Below, piece by piece: positions 46,801 to 58,600 of a DNA stretch of 64,000 bases; the stretch's first letter is position 1, and each line of letters begins with the position of its first letter. The notes under the pieces are model-generated. The model ran no database searches, was not told where the DNA came from, and saw only the letters and a list, made by a program, of their open reading frames with translations. The DNA is taken from NCBI RefSeq assembly GCF_009914755.1, contig NC_060929.1. One strand, written 5' to 3'. Origin of the DNA: the human T2T-CHM13v2.0 reference genome, Homo sapiens. A program made the translations under genes and the position numbers.

Positions 46801-48897
46801 CCTGAGGTCTCCCACACAGGAGGCACTCTTGCAGGGGAGAGTGAAGCAGAGAGCCATGGGACAGAGGACAATGGCTACTGGGCCGATGGCTGCATAGCAC
46901 TCCTTGCAGTTAGAGGACCTGAGTTCGAGTCCTGGAAGAGCTTGCAGGAAGTCTCCCCAGTAGAACCTCCACTTCCTCCTGAGAAAGATGGAGCCCAGAG
47001 CACTGGCCCTCCATCCAGGTGTGGGGCTATCACTTGGCCCTTGGGGAATGGGTTACCAGAGCCCAGGACTCTACTGGCAGGGCCCAGCTTGGACAGGCTG
47101 CCCCCTGGCTCTGGCCCCTACAGCTGGCAGATCAGCTGCCATCTGGTGCAGCCAAGGAAGAAACAGGGGGTCTCACCAGGCATCTCTGGGTTCCACTTCC
47201 CCAGATCTGTGGCCCGAGGGACCGGAGCTGCCTCTGATCTGCCCTCCCTTCCCTCCCCACAAGCACAGGTGCTCAAATGGTACGAGCACCTGCCTGGCAG
47301 TGCCAGTTGGCGGCCTGGCACAGAGTCCAGACCCAGGTGCCCCGGCTGGAGGAAACTTGGGCCACAGGAGATGGGAGGGGGCTGGCAGGAGCCATGCTGA
47401 TTGCTGGGAAGAGCAGAAGTCACCACAGGCTGAGCCTGTTATCATAGTGCTTGAGTGCTCTGGGGCACCCAAGACCCTCCACCAATCTCAGGCCTAGGCC
47501 AGCCGCCAGCTCCTCTAGACCAGGTTGCAGGCTCAAGCTTGCGTGGGGCCACCGGGCTGTTTGCTGAGCGCTGGGTTGGGTAGGACTCAGCTAGGCAAGC
47601 TCTGGGCTGGATTTGAGACTGGACCAAGACCTGGGGTCAAGTCTCCTTCTCAGGGCACCAGGAACAGGTGCCAGCCCCATCCCCAGCTAGTCTTTCTTGG
47701 TTTAGGTTGGTCACAGGCAGTAAGCCTCGGTGATTAGGGGACAGCAGAAAGGGCCATTCACGGTCCTGCACTTGCGGTGCCAAAGGGCAGGGGCCCCGGG
47801 AGAGAAGTGGGGGCTGGAGCTGGAGGGTAGGCCTCGGGCAGGGCTGACTCAGCAGGCACAGGAGAGGCCTCCATACAACTCGTGCAAGCCCGGAGTGGCA
47901 GGGAAGCCTTGGCTCCATGCCACCCTGGAAAGGCCCCACCCACACAGCTGGGACAAGCACCCAGCAGAGCTAGAGTACCCTGAGGAGTGGGCGAACTACG
48001 GACAGCTCATCTCCCAGGGTGTGTCAGGCCTGGGCCACCGCCCTAACAGGTGACTTACTTCTTCAGAGCCTCCCTCCTGAGCAGACTGAAATGCTGGAGG
48101 TCACTGGAATCCAGAGGCCTCTGCCTATCCTGGCTCCTGCCCCACGACACAGCTGGGAATCAACATCATAGAGGCAGGGAAAGATGCTAGTTGGGGGAGG
48201 TGATAAGGGGTAAAAAGAATAGGGCCAGGAGGAAGGGGCCTAGAGCATGAATGGTCACCTCCACCCAACAGCCTCAGGCCAGACCCTCACTCCTGGACTC
48301 AGCCACATCTGCAGTGGGGATGGAGCTCTGTAACCAATACCTGAACCCCCACACATACCGCACCCACCCCACCCCACCCATCCTGCTCATCCACAAGCTG
48401 ATGAGTCCTAACAGGCCTCCTTTGCCAGTGACAAAAATAACTATTTTAAAAATTCACAGCAGGGCTTTCGCCTACACACACTGCGCCGACTGGAACCTGA
48501 AGGGAGATATGCAGAACGCAGTGTGCGGATGGAGGCGCGCTAGGCGGCAGGCGGGCTCTGCAACACCCGTGGCCTCCTCGCTACCACTCAGCCTGCCCCC
48601 CACCCCAACACACACACATGCACACTAGCCCAGAATGGCCAAATGGGAAGTGCTCTTAGATCATCACTGAACATAGTGGGATGTTGAGGCCCAGAGAGGG
48701 TCAGGGATGTGCCTGAGGTCACATAGTGGGTCTGTGGCAGGACTCCCATTCCCCCACCTCCTAGCCAGGCTGTCCACCTCCTCTCCTGTTCACTCGGCCG
48801 ACCGTGAGCTCATACCTGCCCCCAGGACACACATGCACACACCCACACATGCTCATAGTCAGACAGCACTGCATCCCTCACTTCCATGTTACGACAC

Positions 48898-48903
48898 TTT
48901 AAT
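48898..48903 (-). terminator. ARSI: Candidate ARSI distal polyadenylation signal ATTAAA
   Basis: tttaat on + strand about 850 nt after the stop, followed on the sense strand by GU-rich sequence. Confidence 0.5.
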
Positions 48904-49584
48904 CAAGTTCACAAGCTCCTCCACAACCTTGGCCAGTCTTCCAGAGCCTCATGAAGGAGGCAGAGCCAGGGCTAGCATCCCCACTTGCAGGTGGGGAAAT
49001 CAAGGCCTAGAGGGCAAGAACTGTGCCCCAGGTCACAGGAGAACCCAGGTGTCCTGGTACTGGTTTGGGGGCTCTTCACAGCTCTTTCTACCACCCTTGG
49101 TGCTGCAGCAGTTAATGGCCCAGCCAGTTTCTCTGGGTACTGGAGGGGCCAGAAGAGGAATTTTGCACCACGGTGCCTGACACCAGTCTGACCGGAGGAC
49201 TGGCCTAGGCCATGTGAAGACCCAAGAAGGTCAACCCCCCCGACCCCTGCCCTCCACCCACAGCGCTTGGGGTTCCCTGTAGAGAGCAGCCAGATTGCCA
49301 TGCTTCAGCTGGGGGCCAGGCTTGGAGTTGCCTCCAGGCAACTCCCAAACACCACCACAGGGATCCCGTGTTAAGGGGGAAGCCTTAAAGGAGTTGTCAA
49401 GTGGCAAGGCCGGCCAGGAACTCCACCGTGGCCCCAGGCTCCAGGGCCACACCAAAGAGTCACAAAGTCATTAGAGCTCATTTTACAGATGAGGAAACTG
49501 AGGCTAAAAGCTCATGTGGGTCACCTGAGGTCACAGAGCAAGTCCGTGAGGAGGCAGGACTGAGACACAGGCATCCCAGTCTGG

Positions 49585-49590
49585 TTTATT
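49585..49590 (-). terminator. ARSI: Candidate ARSI proximal polyadenylation signal AATAAA
   Basis: tttatt on + strand about 165 nt after the stop. Confidence 0.4.
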
Positions 49591-49752
49591 CCCACCCACT
49601 CCTATCCAGGCTCCCTACCCTGTTCAACCAAGGGACTCTACACCCTCCAACTCCCTGTAGATGGAGATGTGACAGGCTTCTCCCTGAGAAACAGCAGGGC
49701 CAAGCCGGAGTGGGGAAGATCCTCTAAAGGACAGTTTTCTCCCTCCCCACCA

Positions 49753-51151
49753 TCAGATCCGTTGGGACATTAGCCTGGTGTTGAGTTTACGGAAAAAGGA
49801 TCGAAGCTTGCAAATCTTGCATTTTTTCTTGCGACGACCCCGGGAGAAGCTTCGAGCCCTCCCTTCCTCTTCCTCCTCTTCCTCATCACTGGCCCAGGGC
49901 CCCCAAGCACCCCCATTAAAGTCAGGATGAGCCCGGGGGTTCTCAGCTGGGTAGCGTACCGGGATGGCTGTGCGGTTATATTCGGCCAGGCGAGCCAGCA
50001 GGGTGCGGACCACATCAGGCCGCTGGCCAGCCAGGTCCTCCCGTTCATAAGGGTCAGCACTGATGTTGAAGAGCCACACGGCCTGGCGGACACTGGCCAT
50101 TCGTTCCAGGTTCCACCAGCTACCCGGGAAGGTGGCCAGTGTCTGCGGTGGGATCCAATCGCCATAGCCGGGGTCTCCTGTCAGCAGCTTCCACTCACCC
50201 ACGCGGATGGCAGCCTGCACGGCGGTGTTCCAGATGCCAAAGCCGCCCTCCAGGGAGCCATGCTGGGCATGGTTGTAGAGTGGGTCAATGTTGTGCAGGA
50301 TCTCCGTGCGTGGTGAGGCCCGGCCCTCGCTGATGGCCGGCCACACGTCGTAGCCATCTAGCCCATCGGCTGCTGAGGTGGTACCACCTGCCAGACCCAC
50401 CAGGGTCGGGTACCAGTCAGTGATGTGCATCAGTGCCCGGCTTGTCCGTTGCTTTCGCTTGAGCAGGGGACTGTGGACAAAGCCTAGGCCCCGCACGCCA
50501 CCTTCCCAATAAGTGCCCTTGCGTCCTCGGAGCGGCCAGTTGCTGCCCCCCGAGAAAGTCTGGCCACCATTGTCACTGGAGAAGATGATGACACTGTTGT
50601 TGTAGAAACCGTAGCGCTTGAGGGCCCAGGTGATGTTGCGCACAGCCTCATCCATGCAGGTCACCATGGCCGCGTACTTCCGCCGGGCCACATTGCCCAT
50701 GGTGCGGTAGCGGTACAGGTACTCACGAGGGGACTGCAGGGGTGTGTGTACTGCCTGGAAGGCCACATAGAGGAAGAGGGGACGCTGAGGGCTGTGGCTG
50801 GCCAGGATATGGCTGGCGCGCTGGGCGTAAAGCATAGTGGAGTACTGGCCGCTGAGCCCCCAGGCCACATTCTCACCCTCGTGCAGGTCGAAGCCGCACA
50901 CGCCTGGGCCATCACAGTTGTCATAGGTGTAATAGTCCACATTGCCCGTGAGCGAGCCCAGGAAGGTGTCGAAGCCCCGACGGGTGGGCAGACACTCCTT
51001 CCGGTAGAAGCCCAGGTGCCACTTGCCCACCATATGGGTGGAATAACCTGCCTCCTGCAGCTTCTGTGGCAGTGTCACCTGGTCCAGGGGCAGGCAGTTG
51101 GGCTGCTGTGGGCGGATGATGGAATGCTGGAGTCCTGTGTGGATCTGGTAC
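49753..51151 (-). CDS. ARSI: ARSI exon 2 CDS, 1399 nt; joined CDS is 1710 nt = 569 aa plus stop
   Basis: ORF 49753..51285 carries sulfatase motifs [18 protein letters not shown] and [12 protein letters not shown]; acceptor ccaccag| at 51152 restores the frame (R|YQIH). Confidence 0.97.
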
Positions 51152-54100
51152 CTGGTGGGGAGGAGGGGAAGGCACAGAAGGCACAGGTAAGCTACAGACC
51201 ATTGCTCTGGCCATCCAGTCCCCAGTACCACTGTGAGGTGGGCTGTGGTCCCAGCACTACCAGCAAAAATAATAACAGTAACCACCAGGTACTATCTACT
51301 GTGCTAAGCACCTCAAATGCATTATCTCATCGAATCCTCAAAATCACTGGAAGTAGATCATATTGTCGTTTTACAGATGAGGAGATTGAAGCTCAGAATG
51401 GCTAAGCCACTCACCCAAGATCACACAGCTAGGAAGTTGGAGAGATAAAAGTTGAACCCAGGGTAATAATGACAATAATAATAGCTAATACCGAGCACTC
51501 ACTGTGAGCTTGGCATTACACTAATCCTCTTATGTGAATTATCTTACTTAATCCTCACCACAAATTCAGAGGTACATATTATTGTTCCCATTTTCCAAAT
51601 AAGGGAACTGAGGCTTGGTAAATTAAATTAGTTGCCCGGTGACTCACACGGCTAGTAGTTGGAGTGGGATTTATAACCCAAGCAGTCTGGCTCCAGACTT
51701 CGGAATCCCTAAGCTCTAAGCTATTAACTTGCACTGGGGCCTAGAGCAAGCCCTGCTTTCCCAGGCAAACTCTTACTCACTCTTCAAAGCTCAGTCCAAA
51801 TGTTATCCATGCTATAAAGTCTTTCATAACTCTCCCAAAGAATTAGTCACTTTTGCTTCTGGGTTCCCCTAGCATTTAGTACACACCATCGTTTTCTTAC
51901 TTGGCCGTGGGATTATACTCGTCTGCACATGCTCTTGCGCCCAGTGACATGTGATGAGACTGTCCTTTATTCAACCTTCTATTCCTAGCACCCAAGTGAT
52001 GTTCAAAGAGCACTCAATTATTTATGAAATGAATGAATGAATGACACTTAAGAGGGTTTTAGAGCCAGAAGGGACCCAATTCATTCTCTAGTTTACTCAC
52101 CTCATCTTAAAAAGGACCTAAGGTCTTTTTAAGGGAAGGGGAAGGGCCTTAACTGAGGTCGCTCGGTGGTCAGGAACAGAGCCAGGACTTGAACATAAAT
52201 CCAAGCAGAGTCTAAGCAGGGACTCTTTTTCAGCAAACCGGGCTGCCGTATCTCTTCCCACATGGGGGCCTCAGTTTGCTCCCGTATAGGAGTTGGTTGA
52301 AATGGGAAATCTCTAAGACTCGTCTAGTTTCCCAGTTTTTTAAGACCAGCTCCCAAGTGCCTGCCTGTGAGCTCATATGACCCCTTGATCCAGGCTATCA
52401 CCCTGAGGCAGGAGTAAATGGTTAGGCAAATCCTGAATTCCTCATTTATCCATTCATATCCCATCTTCCCCCTTCTGTGGTCAAGGCTCCCATGTGATCT
52501 GCTTATGGTGTCTTGCCTTTACTCAAGTCTTGAAAGTCCCAGAGTAAATAAGAAGCCTGGAACTTCACAAGTATGTTAAAATCCCACACCTTTTTCTCAC
52601 CTCCAGGCATCCAAATTAAGCCAAGCCCTGAATACCTGACATCTTTAACCAGAGCACAGGAGTGAGTTTCTGTTTTGGTTTCCTTATCTTAAAGCTGTTA
52701 TTGTTGTTAGCTCTAATTAGCTACTACTGCCATTTTTAACACTATGTGCCATACACATACATTATCTCATTTAACTCTCATTTTAAAAACCTACAGGGAA
52801 GTCTATTACCACCCCCATTCTACAGATGATAAAACCAAGTCCCCCGAAAGTGCAGCAATGACCCAAGTTCAGAGAGCTGACAAGCAGTGGAGCTAAGCTT
52901 TGAACCTGGGTCCACTCAAGTCATGCTCAAAATCTTTTGGTGATAACGGCCTCTCCAGGCCTCAATCAAGCTAATAAATTATTGGATTTGATATGAGAAG
53001 CACCCTAGGGCCCTGAGTCCCAACTGGGCCGGTCTTCATAGAGGTGGGGTGCTGTGGAGCGCTGGCTTGTAAAGCGGATGGGCCAGCTAAGAGTCACCAA
53101 AGCCCACCTGCAAGTGAGTCACAAGAGAAACTTTGCCTCTCTCCAGTGTCACAAAACACAACTGGATGTGTTAACAAACACTAACGAGGGCTGTAAGCAT
53201 CAATGAGATGGAGCCAGCTGCAGGGTGGGGGAGGACAGGCACTGGCCGGCCACCTTCAGTTAGCTTCGCAGATCAGGGGACTGGAGCACTGCCCTCCTGC
53301 TGTCTGCTCATTCCGCTACTTAAACCAAAAGTCACCTCTTAGGACAGAAACGCTAAGTTGTGTATAACTCTTGGGAATGCAGACTCCTCCACCCTCTTCT
53401 GCAGGTCAACATTGGTCTTCACCACTACACCACTAACCTGCACCACCACCCCAACCCATACACACCCCACACCCCTCCTTCTTTCTTCTGTTCTCCTTCT
53501 GATTCCTGGATCTAAACGCTGGGTGCCAGATCGAAGGAACAAAGGACGCCATTTGATGCCCAGCTCCGGGACCCCCGCCAAACACCTGGCCTCTCAATCC
53601 TATCTCCCACAGACCCTGAAGTTGGGCACGGGCACCAAACTAGGCCCTCCCTGAGTCCTTGCCTCAATTTCTCCCATCCAAGAAATAGTGAGACTAAGAA
53701 ACAGGGAGACTAAGGCTTCTGGTTCCTGAGATCACATTAGTGGCTCTTGGGTGGAACTTGGGAGAAAGCATGCCTTGGACCCCATCCAAGGAGAATTAGC
53801 TTCAGCACTGCCAAAGGATTTTCTCCTAAGTGGCCAGAGTTTGCCTTCCATACCCCCACCTCCTGTTTCCCTGCTCTTTTAATCCTGTAATCCTGCTGCC
53901 TCGCCTGTGGACATTTCCTTGTGGAGGAAGCAGCATGTCTACTTGGGGCTCCCAGCCAACTTGGGAGGATTTTGCAGATGAAAAAACAGAGGCTCAGAGA
54001 AATGAAGTAACCACCCTAAGGCTACACAGGTCATGGTATCCTATGTGTCTTTCTCTTCCACCTATCAATTCCTTGGTCTTCTCCCAATGTATTCATCAAG

Positions 54101-54601
54101 CAGTATGGGGACCTGAATCCCTCAGGAGACATAGAGGCTGCCATATATTGACAGCCAAGCAGGTTACACACAACTCATTCCAACTTTGCCACTCCTTTTC
54201 AAGATGAAAACTGTTCTTTGCTCCATTTTATGGACAAGAAAACTGAGGCTTAGAGAAATTAAATGACTTGCTCAGGGTCTCGGGGTCCATAAATAGAAGC
54301 AGCAGTAAATGTCAGAGGCTGCCATGTTCCTCTAACAAAGGGATGACCAGATGTCTCCACGTTGTGTGGAATGTGAGTGTCCTGGAACATCAAAGCAAGA
54401 AGACCTCAAAGATGATGAAGCCCATTCAGTGTAAAGGAAGGGTAATTGAGGCCTAGAGAGGGCGAGGGACTTACTAATGATTACACAGCCAACAGGAGAT
54501 TTCCCAGATCCCAGCATGGGGTGGTACTGGCAGGAGAAATCTATCAACTGGGTTGATTTGGGGTTTAGATGCCCAGCCCCGGGGCCTTGAGCCACGCCTA
54601 C

Positions 54602-54912
54602 CTGCCAGTGAGGAGCTGGCTCCGCGAAGGCGTGCAGATGGGCTGGATGTAATAATTCTCCAACTTGACCCCCTTGGCCGCCAGCCTGTCCAGCGTAGGG
54701 GTCTCGATATCTGAACCATGGTAGCCCACGTCGTGGTAGCCTTGGTCGTCCGTGAGGATGAAGATGATGTGGGGAGGCTGGGGCGGAGCGGCCGAGGGCT
54801 GCTCGCCAGCCTCCCCGGGCCCGTCGGCCACGAAGCTCGGCTTGGCCCAGTCCCAGGACAGGTAGCCGAAGCTGAGCAGGCTGACCAGGGAGAAGCCAGT
54901 GAGGGTGTGCAT
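54602..54912 (-). CDS. ARSI: ARSI exon 1 CDS (signal peptide, metal-binding DD, formylglycine motif CTPSR), 311 nt
   Basis: [16 protein letters not shown]...[12 protein letters not shown]...[12 protein letters not shown]; sulfatase signature CxPxR; donor AG|gtaggc. Confidence 0.97.
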
Positions 54913-55600
54913 CGCCAAGCCGGCCCGCGCGTCCCGGCGCGCCGGGCTCCTGGGGCCTCACCACCTCGCGCGCCCAGGGCGCACCACCGGCCCGCCGGCT
55001 CGGATGCTGCGAGGGAGTTCAGCGCCCCCCGGGGACGGTCCAGTGTCTGGTCCGGGACTGGCTGCCGGACGGCTGGGCCGGATCTGCTCGGCCGCAGCGG
55101 GGCGCTCTGGGGAGGTCAGGCCCGCGCCGAGCTGCCTCCCGCTGCCTAAGCGCAGGCCCTGCGCCGCCTTTGCTCCCTCTTCCCCAGCTCAGCCCGGCCA
55201 GCCTGAGACGCGGCGTGGCAGCTTCCAAAAAGTGCTCTCTACCATCCTCTGACTCCCCTCTTCCTTCTTGCCCTGGATTTCTCCCGCCTCCTAATTTCTC
55301 TCTCCTCTGCTTTCCCGGCCTCTCGCCCCACCCGGAGTCCTTAAAACAGCCCAGCTCCCTGCAGGGAGGTGGGCAGGACCCCAGAGGGGAAGGGGAGGGA
55401 GGCACAAGTTGGGCGGGTCGAGGGGACACGGCGGGAGAGAATTCGAAAAAGTTGTAACATCTGCCGGGCCGGGCCGAGCCCCAGGTGGAGGGGCGGGACG
55501 CAGAGCAGCGGCTCCACCTCCCGGGCGGGAAGCCCCGGCCCTCTCGGCCTGCTGGCTCCAGCGCCCGCCCCTGACCGGGATGGGGAAAGGAGGGAGTGGG
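54700..55600. promoter_or_regulatory. ARSI: CpG island / ARSI promoter with GC boxes
   Basis: Very high GC and CpG density over exon 1 and upstream; several GGGCGG boxes (e.g. ~55411, ~55491, ~55523). Confidence 0.88.
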
Positions 55601-58600
55601 GCTGCTTGGAATTCGATGGAACAGCTCCAGAATGGCTGGGTCAGACATTCCTCGATCATGGAGTCTTAGCCTCTCTGAGTGCCAGCCCTGGAAGGAAAGC
55701 CCATCATTTCCTAGTCCAACCGGGTCATTCTACAGATGGAGAAACTGAGGCCCGGAGATGAGCCTCAACGCGTCTAAGTCACAGAACAAGTCAGTGGCTA
55801 TGTCTCTAAGGCTCACCGTGGCTGTTGGAGTGGCGGCTCCCTTCGGTGAGCCGGTAGAGAAAGCGATGGAGAATGGCAAGCACTTTGGCAAGCCCCCGCG
55901 GCTGCAAGTCAGGAAGCTTGGTTGTAGCCTTGCCAGCTCCCCTCTCCTCAACCCCTCCCTCCTCCTCGTTCTGCAGTTCCCAACTAGAATCTTAGAATGC
56001 CAGCGCTGGAATCCAGAGGGCAGGGGCTGTTTTATCCATCTCGTATCCACAGGGTGCAGCACACAGTATAAGCTCAATCAGTATATGTTGCATGAGTGAA
56101 TGGATGAATGGGCCCCAATGGTCACCTAGGCCAGCCTACCCAAGGAAACCTCCACACCAGAGAAGGCAAGCTTGGGGGACTCTGGAACCCGATGAGCATC
56201 ATAAATGAGTAGAGCAAGAGATAGTTGTCTTGCCCTAAGGAGACACAGGGGCTGCAGCAAGTTAAAAACCACAGCCTGGCTTCCAGCTGACTACAGTCAG
56301 GCAAGAATACGGACCAGTGTTTCCAGATCTTCTGATTTTTCAAGAGGAATACCCTCTTTATCTATTAGGAGAACTATTCCAATTGTGAAATGTTAGTGAC
56401 TAATTGAAAGCAAAATTTAAGCACTTTGTAGGCCAAATCAGACCTCTCCCAGGAATATATCAGACCATCGGTGCCGGTTTGCAAGCTCTGCTCTGCATCA
56501 TTGTTTTGCAAAATTTTACTAGGCTACATTTTTAAATGGAAAAACTGGGCTAAACAAAACCAGTTAGGCTTCTTTACTTCTAGGATTTCAAATGTTTAAC
56601 ATGCACACTGCTGATCTGCAGGAGGGGCTGGTTAGGCTGTATTTCCCAGTGTTATGTTACCATGGACCCTCTTTCCTGCTCCCCCCACCCCCCAACCAGC
56701 TTCTTGAAGGGCCAGTGTTTGGGGACTTTGGGAAGCAAAGACTGCCCAGGTGCATCTTCTCTCCTAGCATCTTTCCCCTGCCAAGATTCTGTCATGATCC
56801 CTTCCCTCTTACTTAAAACCACTGCGTGTGGGGAAAGAAACCAGACCTCCAAAATAGCAGCCCGTGTGAATCTGCATTTTGAAATGAGGGCTGCGTGGGG
56901 CCAGCCGCTCCCATTTGCTCAAAGCCCCATATTTAGGGTGACCAGATTTATCAGAAGGGAAAACTGAGCTTGTTGTTCTGGCAGAAGACATGTTGAGGAC
57001 AGACAGGAAAAATACAGCCTCCTGAGGGGAAGGCTGCTAAAATGGTGCTTCCAGAGGCTTCCACAAGGCTGTCTGTCCTGGGGGGTCGAAGTGGAACAAG
57101 TCACCAGAGGTCAGGTGGACTAGGGTTTTGCATTCTTTCTATTGCCCCAGGGCAAAAGGAACTGGGCAGGGCTGCCTCCCTTCTACTCCAAGCACAAAGA
57201 GAAGCAGCAAGGGGATGGGGTGGGGGTTCCACCTGGATCAAAAAAGGCCCAGGGAGGAAAGGTCACAGGCGGCAGACCTCTGTGGGGCTGTCACTGAGAC
57301 AAGTAGTATTTCAGAATTCAAGACAGTGGGCTCTGCTATCAGACTATTTGAGTTCAAATCCTGCCACTCATTTGGGGTCTGGCCTTGCACAAGTTATTTC
57401 ACCTCCCTTAGCCTCAATTTCTTCATCTGTAAAATGGGATAATAGTATATATAAGATCTACTACAATGCTCAGTAAAGTGCCCAGCACACAGTAAGCACT
57501 TGGTGAATGTGAATGGTTACGATGATTGTTCTCTGTGCTTTTGAGAGGAAGGACTAAGTCCTGTGGGTGAAAGTTACAGGAAAACAGATTTCGGACCAAT
57601 TTAAGGGATTGCTTTTGTAAGAAATCCGGCCACCTGCTTAATAAAAGGATGACAGTGATTGGTGAATCACCATGTGGAGGGGAGTGGGTGGACTTAGGGC
57701 CCAACTCTTGTTCCCCAATACTCACTTTTTTCTTAAGAGTCTCCATAATCACCAAAATCCACAGAGGCCTCAGAGAGCACTATCCTCCCTCTATCATTCT
57801 AAGGAAATAAACACTGACCCTCAGCAATTCCAGTGATGCCATTACACAGCTAGGCCAGGCTGCAACATTTAAACCAGACATTTCCAAAGGCTCAAGGATG
57901 ACAAGGAGGGAATAAACACAAAGTGTAATGTGAATCGTGGTCATATAGCTTTCAAGATTGGCTCACTTATCTTCCCTTTGTGTTCTCTACAAGACAAGGT
58001 GCTTACCTGCCGTCTTCCCTGGGACAATGTCCATCAGCCCTACCCCAACCTACACAGACTCTCAAAACTCCAACATGTCTCAAGTTCAGGCCCAAGAATT
58101 AAGACTTAGAGACACAGACATTCCCTCTCCAGCAAGCTAAACTAGCCTTTTCAGTTTCTGTCTCAGAACTCAGCTGTTTCCAAGACAATTGACAAGAGGA
58201 ATGTCCACCCCACACAGGAAAGATCTGTCCCCCCATTCTCACAGATGTGATCTCCTCCCTTAACCCCCAAACGACATCCACATTACAACACTACAGAAAG
58301 CCTAATATCTGCATACAAAATGCATTTCAGATGTGGCAGGGTGTAGTTTTGTTACTTCCTGTCACAGATTTCCATTGATGAAATCAGACTTCAGAAAGTA
58401 CTGAGCTTCCCATTACTGGATCCATGCAAGAAGGGGGTTAAAGTGCCTGTCTATCCAGGAGATAATAGAAGAGATTCCTGAACTAAAAAGAGGGAAGCAA
58501 AATGAAAGGACTGTGAAAGCTCTTTCCCATTTGAAAATGTTAAGATTTTAATCATTTGTTCCCAGACAACTTTTTAGGGAGCGGAGATATAAAAGTGAAA

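Noticed and set aside
51152-51285. N-terminal 44 aa of the 510-aa ORF
   Set aside because: Intronic read-through from a non-ATG start upstream of the true ARSI exon 2 acceptor
49927-51405. Antisense ORFs over ARSI exon 2
   Set aside because: Expected shadow ORFs of a GC-rich CDS
54913-54918. ORF-track start 'MA' before MHTLTG
   Set aside because: It is a TTG codon; the first in-frame ATG is at 54912, giving the 569-aa protein
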